Source of the DNA: Callorhinchus milii
Taxonomy: Eukaryota
Assembly: GCF_018977255.1 (NCBI RefSeq)
Contig: NW_024704743.1
Location: 78,866,001-78,930,000, forward strand
Direction: 5' to 3'
Length of the DNA: 64,000 nucleotides
Shown here piece by piece: positions 1 through 42,300 of this stretch. Below the pieces are notes generated by a model, which did no database searches, was not told the DNA's origin, and was given only the letters and a program-made list of their open reading frames with translations. How positions within the stretch are numbered: position 1 is the stretch's first letter; the number at the start of each line of letters is the position of its first letter. Made by a program: the position numbers and the translations under genes.

Positions 1-39
1 TGTCTTATTTTAGTCCCAACTGTCCTTTAAACTCCACAC

Positions 40-215
40 ATGTGCTCTGACAGGCTCAGGTTTTCCCAACGTCTGAAACAGTGCCCACCTCTGCCACGAC
101 CTCTCCCCTCAGGTCGCTGAGATCCTTCAATACATTTATCAAATCCAGGCTTTACTAAGCCAATACTCTGCTCGCTAGATTCCCCAACTCTTCCGACACG
201 AGTTACAGCCTTGGT
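40..215 (+). mobile_element. Old L2-clade LINE fragment
   Basis: Degenerate match to the L2 ORF2 C-terminal region seen at 23090-23200. Confidence 0.55.
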
Positions 216-2377
216 GTCCAATAGCTTTCATTAACTGGAATCACTACATATGCTTGGATTCTACTGCTGACTAGCCACCGGACTCATTAAAAAATGGCAG
301 ATTTCTGGGTTGTCAAGCTGCTGCATATTTTGCTTGTGAGGTGTTGCTGGAGTTGGTCATTTTGTTGTGCTTTGTTTATAACGCAGCATCTGGAAAAATT
401 GGATCCAGCCTGCATTATAATAGGATTGCTCTGTATAAGTATGGGTTTGATCAGTCAATGTAGGTATGCTGTTCATTGGTTGCTAAGGGAGTGTACAGTT
501 TGTGATTTTTGGTAATTTGCAAATGGAAGTGGAACAGCTGCTACAGTTCAAACAGTATGCATTATTATGTCTAAAGAAGGCTCGGAAATATCGTAGTTAC
601 ATAAAAAATATAAAAATATACACTATTGATACTGCTTCAAACGCTGAACGTACAGCTCATGGTATGTTGTATTACTTTATATCCTTTGTTTTAAAACCAC
701 TGCCACTAATTGTTAATGCTTTAGATTGTAAAGTGCATTCACAATATGAGTGGGCAAAATACTGCATTGGTTTCAGTAAAAGTGACAAATAACTATACAT
801 GTAAATCTATGAAAAGATTAAATTTTTTGGCAAACAACTTTCCATTTTATTTTCTAGGTGATCTTTGCCCGTGCTACCCATCTTGTGTAGCCGTGGGATG
901 ATTATCTTATGTAACATTGCATTTATATTAGAGAACAATTTGTAATATTATGAACTTGTGGTAGATACTGTCCGAAATCCTGGTTTTGCACTTGGGCAGT
1001 TTTCACAGTACTACAAGGAACACTTAAAACTAGGTACATCCAGTTATTTGAAGGTTGCAACATTTTCACATTTGTTTCTGGTTGCCAGGCCCTTCTTCTG
1101 TTGTTTGTCAGTATGAATGAGCTAAATGTTCTGTGCCAGAATAAAAAGATGACATTCTTTCTGCCTGTAGTTTTTATGCTGGATGCTGAACAAGTATTGG
1201 ATCTTATGGTCTCGAGGGGCAGCAATGCCACCTTTTTTATCTTAATATTGCACCTGCTTGGTCATCTGTTTCGATTCCTGTATCCCTCTCATGGATAGGA
1301 TTGATTAAAGATTTTGGGCCTCAGCCTCTGTACAAGCAAATATTCCTAGCCTTTTTTTAAAAATTCTGATCTTTGCTACCATCATTTTTTAAAATCTATT
1401 TTACAGTGTTCTTGATACAGAATATTTTTTCAAGTGTAAATTTTTGCTGGTTTTACTTCTCTTTTTCAAGAGAAATCAAAATATTTCTATTCTGAAAAAA
1501 CAGATAGAAATGATACTTTATCATCTTTGGCTAGTTGCTTTAAAAATGACCAGGTCAGTGATAAAAGTTACAGCATAATCAAAGTTAAAGTATTGTGACA
1601 CCGCAGGTTTTGCTTGCTGAAATAAGTGTTTCATAAATACTGGAAAGGTGGGAGGAACAAAAAAAAGGTAATTTGGCCTTCAAGCTTGCTCATACAGGTT
1701 CATGATTTATTTATAATCCATCCAATCATAAATGTAATCTGATATTACACTCCTGAGGGAGATTTCTGCCTGTATTCTTCGTTATTCCCAAAAATCTTTC
1801 ATAGTGTATACAAAACTGTATCCACATTTTTTGAACACTAGAAAAATACATACTTTCCTACGTATGCTACGTAAACATACTAAACAAATGTATAATGCTG
1901 CTCTTGATTTTTGAAATTCAGTTTAATAATCAGCTCTTGCAAAATCTATATAAAATTTGACCTCTATTCGCCTCTCCTGCCATTCATAATGTTGTTTAAA
2001 TGCTGGATAAAAACAAGATTGTGCATGGCTGTGATAACCCCATAGATACCAGCTGCTTCATGAGCTGTTGTCTTGAGTATCTGTCCCCGAATAGAAGTCA
2101 CTGCCTACAGATAAGAAAGGAACATTGATGGAGGAAAAAAATAAAATAAATTTAGCCTGCTAGTTGGTTGGTACTTAATCTGTAGTTTCAACAAATAAAT
2201 TATGAATATATCTGGACATTTTATAGCAATCTTAATTTTAGTGAGTGAGCTGTTTTGATATACTTAATTGATAAACCGATCAAGAATGCCAGGATAATTT
2301 TGCTCCCTCATCTGCCCTCGCTGCAGAGGGGTGTCCCCTGCATTTTTTAGCATATCTGTACCTAAAACATTTGTAAA

Positions 2378-3030
2378 CAACAACAGTTTGCACTTGAATA
2401 GCACCCTTTATGCTGGTAGTGTCTCAGAGCGCTTAACAGTGGCGGAGCCTGACTCCGAGCCGGGGTGGTTGGGGGAGGTGACTGTAAGCACGGACGAAAA
2501 GGAAGGTTTACAGGCGGTACTCGAAAAAGGGGTGAGAGGGGGCAAGGTGGAGGGATTGAGGGAGAGTGTTTCAGAGTTTTGGGGCATAGTGGCTGAATAT
2601 GTGACCTCCAATGGTGGAGTGGGGGGCACAAGGAACAAGCAGGAGGCTCTAGTTGAGCGGAGGAGCCAGATGGTGGATTGGAGAGTAAGGAGATGCCAGA
2701 GAGTGAAGGGATTTGAAAATGAGTATGAGGATCTTGGAAGTCGTTCCGTTTGGTAACGGGGAGTCAGTGGAGCCTGACCTGAACTGATGAGATGGGTGTA
2801 CGGAGTTTGGTCCGGGTAAGTATGTGGGGCAGCAGAGTTCCGAATGACCTGGATTTTTTGAATAGTGGAGCTGGGGAGACAGGTGAGGAGTGCATTCGAG
2901 TAATCCAGGTGGGAGTTGGCCAACGCACGCACAAGAGTTTTGGCTGCATTTGGAGTAAGCTACGGTCGGAGGCTGGTAATGTGGCCGAAGTGCCACATTG
3001 GCGGGTGTGGCCTGCTACCAGGGTGGCTTG
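2378..3030 (-). mobile_element. L2-clade LINE 3' fragment
   Basis: Minus-strand peptide NSHLDYSNALLTCLPSSTIQKIQVIRNSAA (L2 SRLDYCN motif); (TTG)n tail. Confidence 0.85.
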
Positions 3031-4354
3031 CTGTTTTGGTTTGAAAGGGCTGATTTGGAGGCAAGGGAATTCTCGAGTCATTAGACGAGTTGAAGTATTC
3101 CTGATTGTTTAATTGGTGGTTGATTAATGGATAACTCTTTGGAAATAGTTTTCTGTAAAAATTAAGTGATATATTACAGTTTTCAGCTTTCAACTGTTTA
3201 ATTTGATGAATCTCATTTAATTAATTTACTATTTCATGTTGTTTTATGATATTCTTTGTTGTGGGTGAACCTGACTTCAAGTTGGACAGATTCTTCCAAT
3301 CTTGACTTGTTGAAATTTTGGAAATTTTCTTATCTAGCCTTGTCTTTTGTTTTGGCTATATTGATTCATTTTTCATTATTTTGTTTTGTCTTTGCTTTTC
3401 AGCGAAGAAATTTGTTTTGCTACTTTAATAGCAGATGAAATATCACTAGCATTTGAAGTACACAGGATGTCATTATCTGTCCTTTCAACATGTTTATATT
3501 TCTGTTAAATTTCTTGTCTGCTTTTTCCATACATTAGCTTGCAGTTCTCCATTTTGGTGCTGCTGCAGAATTATTAAATGAAGTTCTGCATGACTCCATT
3601 CTCTTTATCATCAAATAGAGGCTTTGGAAAAGGAGAGAAAGGGTAAAGCATCTTGTATTAAATTTATCCATGAATAACTGTTGCAATTTGCTAGGCTTTT
3701 CATAACTCAAATAATGTGAAGTGGGAAACTTTTGTAATTGATTTCTTAAGTAATTACTTTTTTTGCTGCCCTGAGTTGCTTTTTTGGGGGCTTTTTATGT
3801 TTCAACTTCAGTTTTAGAAATTGTGTTGTGATTTTAAAGATTCAAGAATAGACTTGTAGATGCGAAAGTAGACTTGAAGATAGACTTCAGAATGAGTCAT
3901 CAGGATATGATACCTTTATAGTTGAAACTTGTTACTGAATGTTCTTGATACATTCACTTTTGCCTTTCTATCATTGGAATATCATTCTGATTGTTCATTT
4001 GGGATGATTTGGGACAGTGAAAAGAATGGAGAAAAGAAAGATAAAACTGGATTTTGCTTTAGCATGAATCCATTTCTGTCTAAGAAGGTTCTGCTATACT
4101 TTTATCAGTACGCTGCAACTTTAATTTCCTGAAACGTGAGTGTATGCAATTTTCTTTTATGTCACTTATAAAACTAAATATTTATAATTATATTGGAATA
4201 TTGCCCAAAATTTTGAGATACTGTAAAAACTGAGAATTAATTGCTGAGTTTCAATCCAAGGAGCAAAAGGATCAGAAAATGGAATCCATAGATTCTTCCT
4301 TTGTACAAATCCTCATACTTTTGAACATCTAAAATGTATCAAGAAAGAAATTTA

Positions 4355-5640
4355 TAGTGTGTAGTGTGGCAACCGCGCCTCTGAGTCAGAAGATTGTGGG
4401 TTTAGACCCATATCGGGACTTGGCATTTATATAAGGCTATGTTGACGTTGCTGTGCATTGTTGGAAGTGCTGTTAAACTGAGACGTTAAGCTGAGGTCCA
4501 GTCTGCCTGTTTAAGTGGATGTTAACAATTTTGTGGCACCATTCAAAAAGAGAAGGGAATTTATTCCAGTGTCCTGGCCAGCAATTCACCAAATAAAACT
4601 GGTCACTTACTCCATGGCTGCTTTGGGACAACAGCAGCAACAAAATTACATTTGTATAGAGCCTTTCATGTCGGGAGGACTTCCCAAGGTGCTGGACAGT
4701 CAGTGTTTCGGACCTGAGCTGGGATTTGGGATTGGGAAAGTGGAGGGCAGGTGGGGAAGCAGGGTGATCGAAAGCATGGTTGAAGAGGAGGGTCTTGGAG
4801 GAGGCAAGGGAGGGGTAAAGTGGAGGGACTGCGGGATAGAGTTCCAGAGGGTAGGGGCAGAGTGGCAGAAGGCCCATCTGCTAATGGTGGGGCAGGCGAG
4901 GTGGGAGACGTGAAGCAGGCTGGAGCCTGCTGAGCGGAGGGAGCGGGCAGGATGATAAGGGGTTAGGATGTTGCAGACGTAGGGGGTTACAAGGTCATGC
5001 AGGGTTTTGAAGGTGAGGACCAGGATCTTGAACTGTATCCTCTGTGTGATGGGAAGTCAGTGGAGTCGGGTGAGGATGGAGTTACGGAGTCTGGTGCGGA
5101 AGAGGACACCGGCTGTAGAGTTCTGGGTGATCTGCAGCCTATGGAGGGAGGCATTGGGGAGGCTGACAAGCAAGGAGTTTGCATAGTCAAGTCTCGATGT
5201 AATGAAAGTGTGTATGAGGGTTTCGGCGGCCTGCGATGTGACACTGTGGCGAAGCCGGGCGATCCTGCGGAGAGCGGGTCATGGCGCTGATGTGGGGTAG
5301 AAAGGATAGTTGAGGGTCAAACAAGACCCCAAGGTTCCGGACTGCCTTAGTAAGGTGGAGTGTGCAACCATGGATGGTGATGCTGTCAGCGTCTGAGATG
5401 TGGAGGTGCTGACGGGAGCCAATCAGGAGAGCCTCGGTCTTATTGACGTTCAACTGAAGAAAGTTAGCTCTCATCCAGGACTTGATATCTGACAGATATC
5501 CTTCAGGACAGCAGTGGTGCTGGAGTCAAGGGTGGAGGCAGAGAGGTACACAGTTACTCCATTTTACAGTATATCCTGTGAAGTGTTTTGAGACATCCTC
5601 CTGACATGAAAGGTGCCATATCAAACGTAAGGATTCTTAT
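4355..5640 (+). mobile_element. Older Deu-domain-type SINE split by an L2 insertion (SINE parts ~4355-4625 and ~5550-5640)
   Basis: Head with ctgagtcagaagattgtggg, body ...ccagtgtcctggccagcaatt..., and tail gtgaagtgttttgagacatcctcctgacatgaaaggtgccatatcaaa resuming after the L2. Confidence 0.65.
4628..5550 (-). mobile_element. L2-clade LINE 3' fragment
   Basis: [19 protein letters not shown]...VRNLGVLFDPQLSF; frameshifted; TTG-rich tail at the left end. Confidence 0.9.
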
Positions 5641-5734
5641 GATTAATACGATGCATTGAAATAACTTTATATTCTTTATTTATACTGCACTTCTAATGTA
5701 TATCTAACCAATTAGGTTATTCGTAACATCCAGT

Positions 5735-6365
5735 TTTGACTATGCAAACTCCCTGTTTGTCGGCCTCTCCAACTCCTCCCTCGATGCACTGAAAATCATC
5801 CAGAACTCTGCAGCCCATGTTGTCTTCTGCACTGGGCTCCGTGACTCTATCATCCCCATCCTCACCCGACTCCACTGGCTTCCCATTACACAGAGGATAC
5901 AGTTCAAGATCCTGTTCCTCACCTTCAAAGCCTCCATGGCCTTGCTTCCCCCTACCTCTGCGATCTCCTAACTCCCTACCAACCTGTCTGCTCCCTCAGT
6001 TCAGCGGGCTCCGGCCTGCTTTATGTTTTAATTATTTATTTAATTTAATAATTAATTGATGTTTTAATTAATGTTATATATTCATGTCTCCCGCCCTGCC
6101 CGCCCCACCATTGGCGGACGGGCCATCAGCCATTCTGCCCCACTGTCTGGAACTACATCCTGGAGTCCCTCTACTTCACCCCTCCTTCAAGACTCGTCTC
6201 AAGACCCTCTCTTCAACAATTCCTTTGGTCACTCTTCTCCCCCCCCTGATCTCCATCCTCCCCGATCCTGACTCCCAGCTCGGATCAGAAACACTGATTC
6301 TCCAGCGAGATGGGATGTCCTTCCGAAGTGAAAGGCGCTAAACAAATGTCATTTTGTCGTTGTCG
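5735..6365 (+). mobile_element. L2-clade LINE 3' fragment, inverted relative to 4628-5550, with AT-rich insert ~6020-6082
   Basis: gactatgcaaactccctg...cccgactccactggcttcccattacacagaggatacagttcaagatcc. Confidence 0.85.
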
Positions 6366-7009
6366 TAGGTACAAACTGCAGAAATGCATTTTCTGTATTT
6401 TGGTGTTGCTTTATTGGTCCATTTTGTGAATGGACTATGTGTTTGGGGTTAATTTTCTAATCGTGGAAGGTAAGCAGTCTGTTTGGAGCTGAGCTACAAG
6501 CTGACTTGCTTAGCAACGGTATGTCATAAGTCAACTCTCTTGGCAGTCTTAGTAGTCTGGTTCCTGAACAGTCGGATCTGCAGTACTCCAGGTCACTGGT
6601 GAGGACAGACCAGCCAGTCTTGGTCATTGACAGGAATAATCCTTTGTGGGACATTGCTCAAATTGGCTGCTATGTTTGCCTACAAAATACAGTCAATATG
6701 CTTTACAGTAATCCTGTGAAGCACTTTGAGATGTTTTGACATGGAAGGTGCCATATCAACTACAAGGATTATTATAAACAAAGAATATTTGCACTTCACA
6801 CAGCGCATGGGATCCAGCAGATGCACAGGAAGTGACCCCACAGGCTGTGAGGTGAAACCTGCTATTGCAGCCTTGTTATAAGTTTGTTTGGGATTTTATG
6901 GACCCAAACAATGGCCTTCTAATGAGGTTCAACTGTTTGTTTAATGTTTAAAGTTCTTCATAGGCTGTTGTTTGCACTTCTTTTGTAGGCTAACAGTGTA
7001 GCCATTGAC

Positions 7010-37012
<30,003 letters not shown>

Positions 37013-39165
37013 ACACAGCAACAAATTTGTTAACTGATAACATCAAAACGTGTTTTTATTTGATATCCAGCCACCTACAGTTGCACAGACATTGATTATT
37101 GTATATATGCTATCTGCCCGACTGAAGTAATTTAGTTCTGGAACTCAATAGAACTGATCTGCTTTTCTTCCAGATTCATTATGCAAAATATCTGTCTTGA
37201 ACAATATATAGTATTTCACATATCTGTGTTTTCCCTTTATAATAGTTTGAGGAGAAAACAGTTTGGCTGCTTTCTGAAACAAATAATGGATTTTAAAAAG
37301 AACAGAAACAGCTGGAATACCAATGGCTCTAGTTTTATAGAGCGTACTTGAAAAGAGATTTGGTTGGTGTGCTATTGGGCCTCTGCTTAGTCTTGGCTGT
37401 ATCTTCCAGGGAAAACAAACTGTGGATTGCTCAGTTTCCACTGTTGTAACCTCTGCCACAGTTATTTCTTGCATGGCTGTCATTAGAGTATTTAAGGCTA
37501 ATGCCAAACACTGTCAATAAGTATCTAGAATTAATGCTGCTGGCTTGTTGAAATAATAGAATGTGTAAAATGCTGACCTGAGATTTTCTTTTATTTTCTT
37601 GTGTTATTACTGTTTATGTATGTCTCTTGTGTATAGCAGACTCGATAAAAACAAAAGTAGAGGTGATGGGCAGTACCTCATAATACTAATATAATGTAAA
37701 TTTATATACAAAAAGCTAATGTGGACAATTTTCACAGTGTAATTATGCAAAATATTACCTCTGTGCTGCTTTCATGTTCAGCCTTTTAGAAGAGTTACAT
37801 TTATCAATCAGGAATACAAAAAGTATAAATCAATATGTAAGCTTTGCACATTGTAAGGAATGTTGTGTAATTAGTTTTCCATTGCAATATTATGCTGTTT
37901 TCCTAATGGCTTTCATGTAAATTACATTGTATTCAGAGGTTTGATTTCTTCTCTGGCTTTGAAATATAATTTCTAATGTAGACCTTCAATTCTAGAAATA
38001 TTCAAGTGATTTATTTTTTTCTTAAATACAGAAGTTTCAAAACATGCAAGAAAAGGATAAGTTTAAAATAGTTTCACCAGTATTGAGGACATCTACTTAA
38101 TTACAACCTGTAACAAAATTCTATTTAAAATCATAATTATGTGAATTATATGAAACTGCAAACTAACAGATCATTATCTTGCAGTGAATGGGGAGCTATG
38201 GACATTTGAAATGTAACATTTGTAACACTTTAAATTTAAACATTGTAAATTCCATTAAAGTTTTTAATTTGTATAAAGTTTTGTAAACCCCTGAGTTTGG
38301 TCAGTTTTTCCCCATTGCAAATCAAATTATTTTACTGTAACATATCAAGTGTAGTCAACACTGTAAAAATTGTAACAGCTATTGCTGTAAAAAGTAAAGT
38401 GTACAGAAATTGTTGATATGACTTTTGTTATTTGTCCCTACCTGCCAGCTGGTGTCATTATTGAGAAAAGGGTATTTCCTGAAGTGTGTTAGATCGGCAT
38501 TCAAACTTCTGTTTATCTTCTGTCAGGTGCTCAAGATAACCTCTTCCCTTCAAATTTCGCTGCTAATTGTGTATGGAGAAATAGCTTGAAATATATGGTA
38601 ATTTCCGTTCTCCCTCTTTTTCTGTGTACGTTTATTGTTTCATGTTAGATTTTCTCAGATGAAAGCCAACTAAATTCTTGTCAATCTGTACTATTGGCAA
38701 GTGGGAAAAGTGCTGGACTGCAATTTATAAATGTACCAAAATAATGCTAAAAGCCACCTTTAAAGACATTGACAAAAAAATCATTGAGCTATTTGTAGTT
38801 TGATATTTTTGAGAATTTGAATACAAAGTGAATTTCTGTACAAGTGACAGAGTGATATTAACTGGTGCCAGATGGACAGTCAGTTTTATTTCTCTGAACA
38901 CTGAACTGCGCAAGCAATCTAGTGATGAATAACTGTGTGATTCAAGCTCAATATCTTCTTTCTGGTTGAGTCAAATACTCAACACTTGAGTTGCCTACTG
39001 AAGAACCTTTGTTTTGCAAATATATATATAACAGTACACAAAATACATGATGTAGAGTATAACGTTTAATATTGCAAGGCAATAGTTTCAACCTGTACAA
39101 TTTCATTATTGTAGAATTCTAAAATGATTTACAAACCTTTAATAAAAATTCTTTTGATTGAGTAA
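37013..39165 (+). other. WWP1: Probable long AU-rich 3' UTR of WWP1
   Basis: About 2.1 kb with no recognisable repeat after the stop, in contrast to the repeat-dense introns; first canonical AATAAA I found downstream of the stop is at 39141-39146. Confidence 0.55.
39138..39146. terminator. Overlapping poly(A) signals: AATAAA on + (39141-39146) and ATTAAA on - (39138-39143)
   Basis: Sequence TTTAATAAA between the convergent WWP1 and RMDN1 stop codons. Confidence 0.5.
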
Positions 39166-39280
39166 TGTTCTGAGAAATTAATGAAAACCTTCACTCATTT
39201 TATCTTACAATAGAATATCTTACAATAGAAATGATTCATTTCACAATTACATTGCATTGAGCTTGATTTGAATCGGCTTC

Positions 39281-39328
39281 TCACTTCACACCCATTGACT
39301 TCAGTAATTCAGCAGCTTCTTTTTGGAC
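39281..39328 (-). CDS. RMDN1: RMDN1 last coding exon (10)
   Basis: [15 protein letters not shown]; acceptor after a poly-T tract. Confidence 0.9.
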   Translation of the reverse strand, partial: VQKEAAELLKSMGVK

Positions 39329-42300
39329 CTTTTTAAAAAAAAAAAGGAAAATGACATCTAGGTCATCGACTGGCTGAATGGCCTACTACTTGTTATACAT
39401 CTCTATGGTTCTATAGGTCATAACTAAAGGAAAGCTTGTTTATTCATTCCTTCATCCCCCAAACTTTCTCCTCTCCACCCCAATGAACTAGTATATTTGC
39501 AAGATTGATATAGCTGAAGATTATTCAATCTAATGCTTCCAGAATACCCACCATAGTTTATTCTTATTACAGGATTTATGGTATTTTGAATCTGCTGCAT
39601 ATATAATATATTGGTGAAACTTGTCAGCCAATTGCGCACAGCAGTGCCCTACAAACAGTTGTGGATTGAGTGACTTTTTTTAAGGGATTATTAACCCCGG
39701 AAACGTAATCGCCAATTGACTAACAACCAGGTTCGTACTGACTGCTAGTTGAACAGAGGCAGGTGGAGTAAGGAAACTTGCCCAATGTTTCTCCCTGCCT
39801 GGGAATCAAACCCATGTCCTCTCGCTTGCGAAGCTAATCACTATGTTACAGGTCTCCACTATTGGGTGAGTCAGAAGATAGTGGGTTGCCAAATTTTACA
39901 AGACAAAATTACATTTGTATAGCACCTTTCACATCAGAAGGACCTCCCAAGGCGCTGGACAGTCAGGGATTTAGACCTGAGCAGGGGGTGGGGGTGGAGG
40001 GGGGAAGAGTTGGAATCATGGAGAATAGGAGGGTGGCCAAAGGTGCGATCGAAGAGGAGGGTCTTGAGACGTGCCTTGAACGAGGCAAGTGAAGGAGCAA
40101 AACTTTAAATTTAGTATGTCATCCTTTTGCTGACTGCTTTAAAAGCGGGCAATAAAGCTTCAGAAATGTTGCAAAAAGTATAGAATATTCCAAATGAAGT
40201 GAATTCAGATTCTAGTTTTTCTTATGTGAACAGCTTGTGACATTAGTAATGGCAGAGAAAATGAATCCATAACTGGCTCTGCTTATGTGTTTGACACAAA
40301 GGATAAAAGATGAAATTCAACTGTTCAACTGCAGATCACCTAATCATGTTTATACAAAAGTCTGCAAATAAAATAAAGCAAAGGCTTTTCCTTCTCCCTT
40401 TACACGCGCAAGTTAAAAGGAGTGTCATTTCTTAACTGGCTATTTGCTGTGAAATTACAATATTGTGATTTTAGCCAGTTAAAGCAAACCCTTCAGTGCA
40501 GTGGCACTGCACTGTCAGACTGAAATGACTTCATGAACTGTCCTTGGGACAGCCAGAGCCATGTTAGTGTCATGTCTCATTTCTTGAACTGGACTGACAT
40601 GTTAAATTAGCAATTGTACTAGTCATGAACACAAATAATATACAACAAGGAAACAGGCCACTTGGCCAAATCAGTCTGACAGTATTTATACTCCACATGA
40701 ATCTCCCACATGTGAAGATCTAGCTTCCTCTTGAATGCATCTAAACTACCTGAAATAAAAGGTATTTATTTTATTTTATTTATTTTTTTAATGAAATTCT
40801 AATTAACTGCAGAGAAATTTCCTGTACAGTATTATAGATTTGTGAAATTGGTTACAGTAAATAAAACTCATACCTGCACATCTTCTTCAGTACGTGTTGG
40901 GTAGTTTTTTGCTTTATTCAGCCACAGTATGGCATTCTTCACATTTTGTAACTTCATGAATGTTTTACCTAACATCAGTAAGTTTTTGCTGTAGAAATTT
41001 GGATCAGCTGTAACAGAAACAATTAAGTTTTGTGATCTTATGAAACCTTTCGTCTGGTCAGCCAGATGTCTGCTATATACAGAAACCAATCACCATGTAT
41101 AGGGTAGCCAAACCAGACAGAGCTCCATGCATGCTACATACACATGGAAATTTCTGTGTCTGGACAGCGCTGATGCCAGAGAATATTAGGCACAGATTAT
41201 AATAATAATAATAATAATAATCCTTGCATTTGATATAGCGCTTTTCACGTCGGGAGGACGTCCCAAAGCGCTTCACAGAACACACTGTAAAGTGAATTGA
41301 CTGTATATTTGTGGGCGAACGCGGCAGCCAATTGCGCACAGCAATGTCCCACAAACAGTCGTAGATTGAAAATGACCCAATTTTTTTTTTATTATTGTTT
41401 TTTGGTTTTTTTGGAGGGATTATTATTATCTTGTTGATACTCGTCAACAAGGTGATGTCTCACCACTGTAATCATAGACAGGCTGCAGACATGGTTGGGA
41501 AGAGAGACTGGAGACATGGATGCAGTGGGCATGGAGAGAAGGAATAACATGACCAAATTCAGTGGCAGCCGGTTTCATAGCCAAGACCAATAATTTATAT
41601 TTTGAAATAGACTGAGAACAGGAGAACTGTCTGCAATTGTTGTAGGCCTAGAAGCTTTCTTGCTTAAAAGCAGATATTTGAAAAGGTTAATGGTGGATTG
41701 GGCTTGGAAACCCCAGAGTGTGCGTTGGGATACTGCTAGAGTTTAATCAGTTAAAACCACAGCTTGCCATTGAAAGCACCCTGCCAAGTTTCCTCAAATT
41801 AATTTATAAGTGTGTATGTGGTATATAATTACACACTGATTAGTCTCAGAGCTGATGCCACTTATATGGGTAACGAGTAACTAAATGGTTCAACAACAAC
41901 TTGATGTAGCATCCTTCATGTGGGGTAGCGTCTCAATGGGTAGATAAGGTTGTCTTGTCCATTATATTTCTAAAATGAACTAACTGAATGAGTCATGTCT
42001 CTCACCCTCTCTCGCTCTAGAGTTCCTTATAATTGCAGGTATGGCATTAGGCCACTAAGACCAAGAAGATCCTGTGTTTCATGCTTGGTCCCGAGCTGAG
42101 GGTCAGGATTGGGGAGGTTGGAGAGTAGGGGGATGGAGGATGGCCGAAGGCGGGGTCGAAGAGGAGGGTTTTGAGACGCGCCTTGAAGGAGGCAAGAGAG
42201 GGAATGAGGCAATGGGAATGTGGGATGAAGTTCCATAGGGTGGGGGCAGAAAGGCTGAGTGGGGTCATGGAGAAGGTCGGTGCCTGCTGAGCAGAGGGAG

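Noticed and set aside
294..792. Short ORFs near the window start as alternative WWP1 N-terminal exons
   Set aside because: Splicing from the 464 donor to 6989 meets a stop before the WWP1 ATG, and the peptides resemble no known protein
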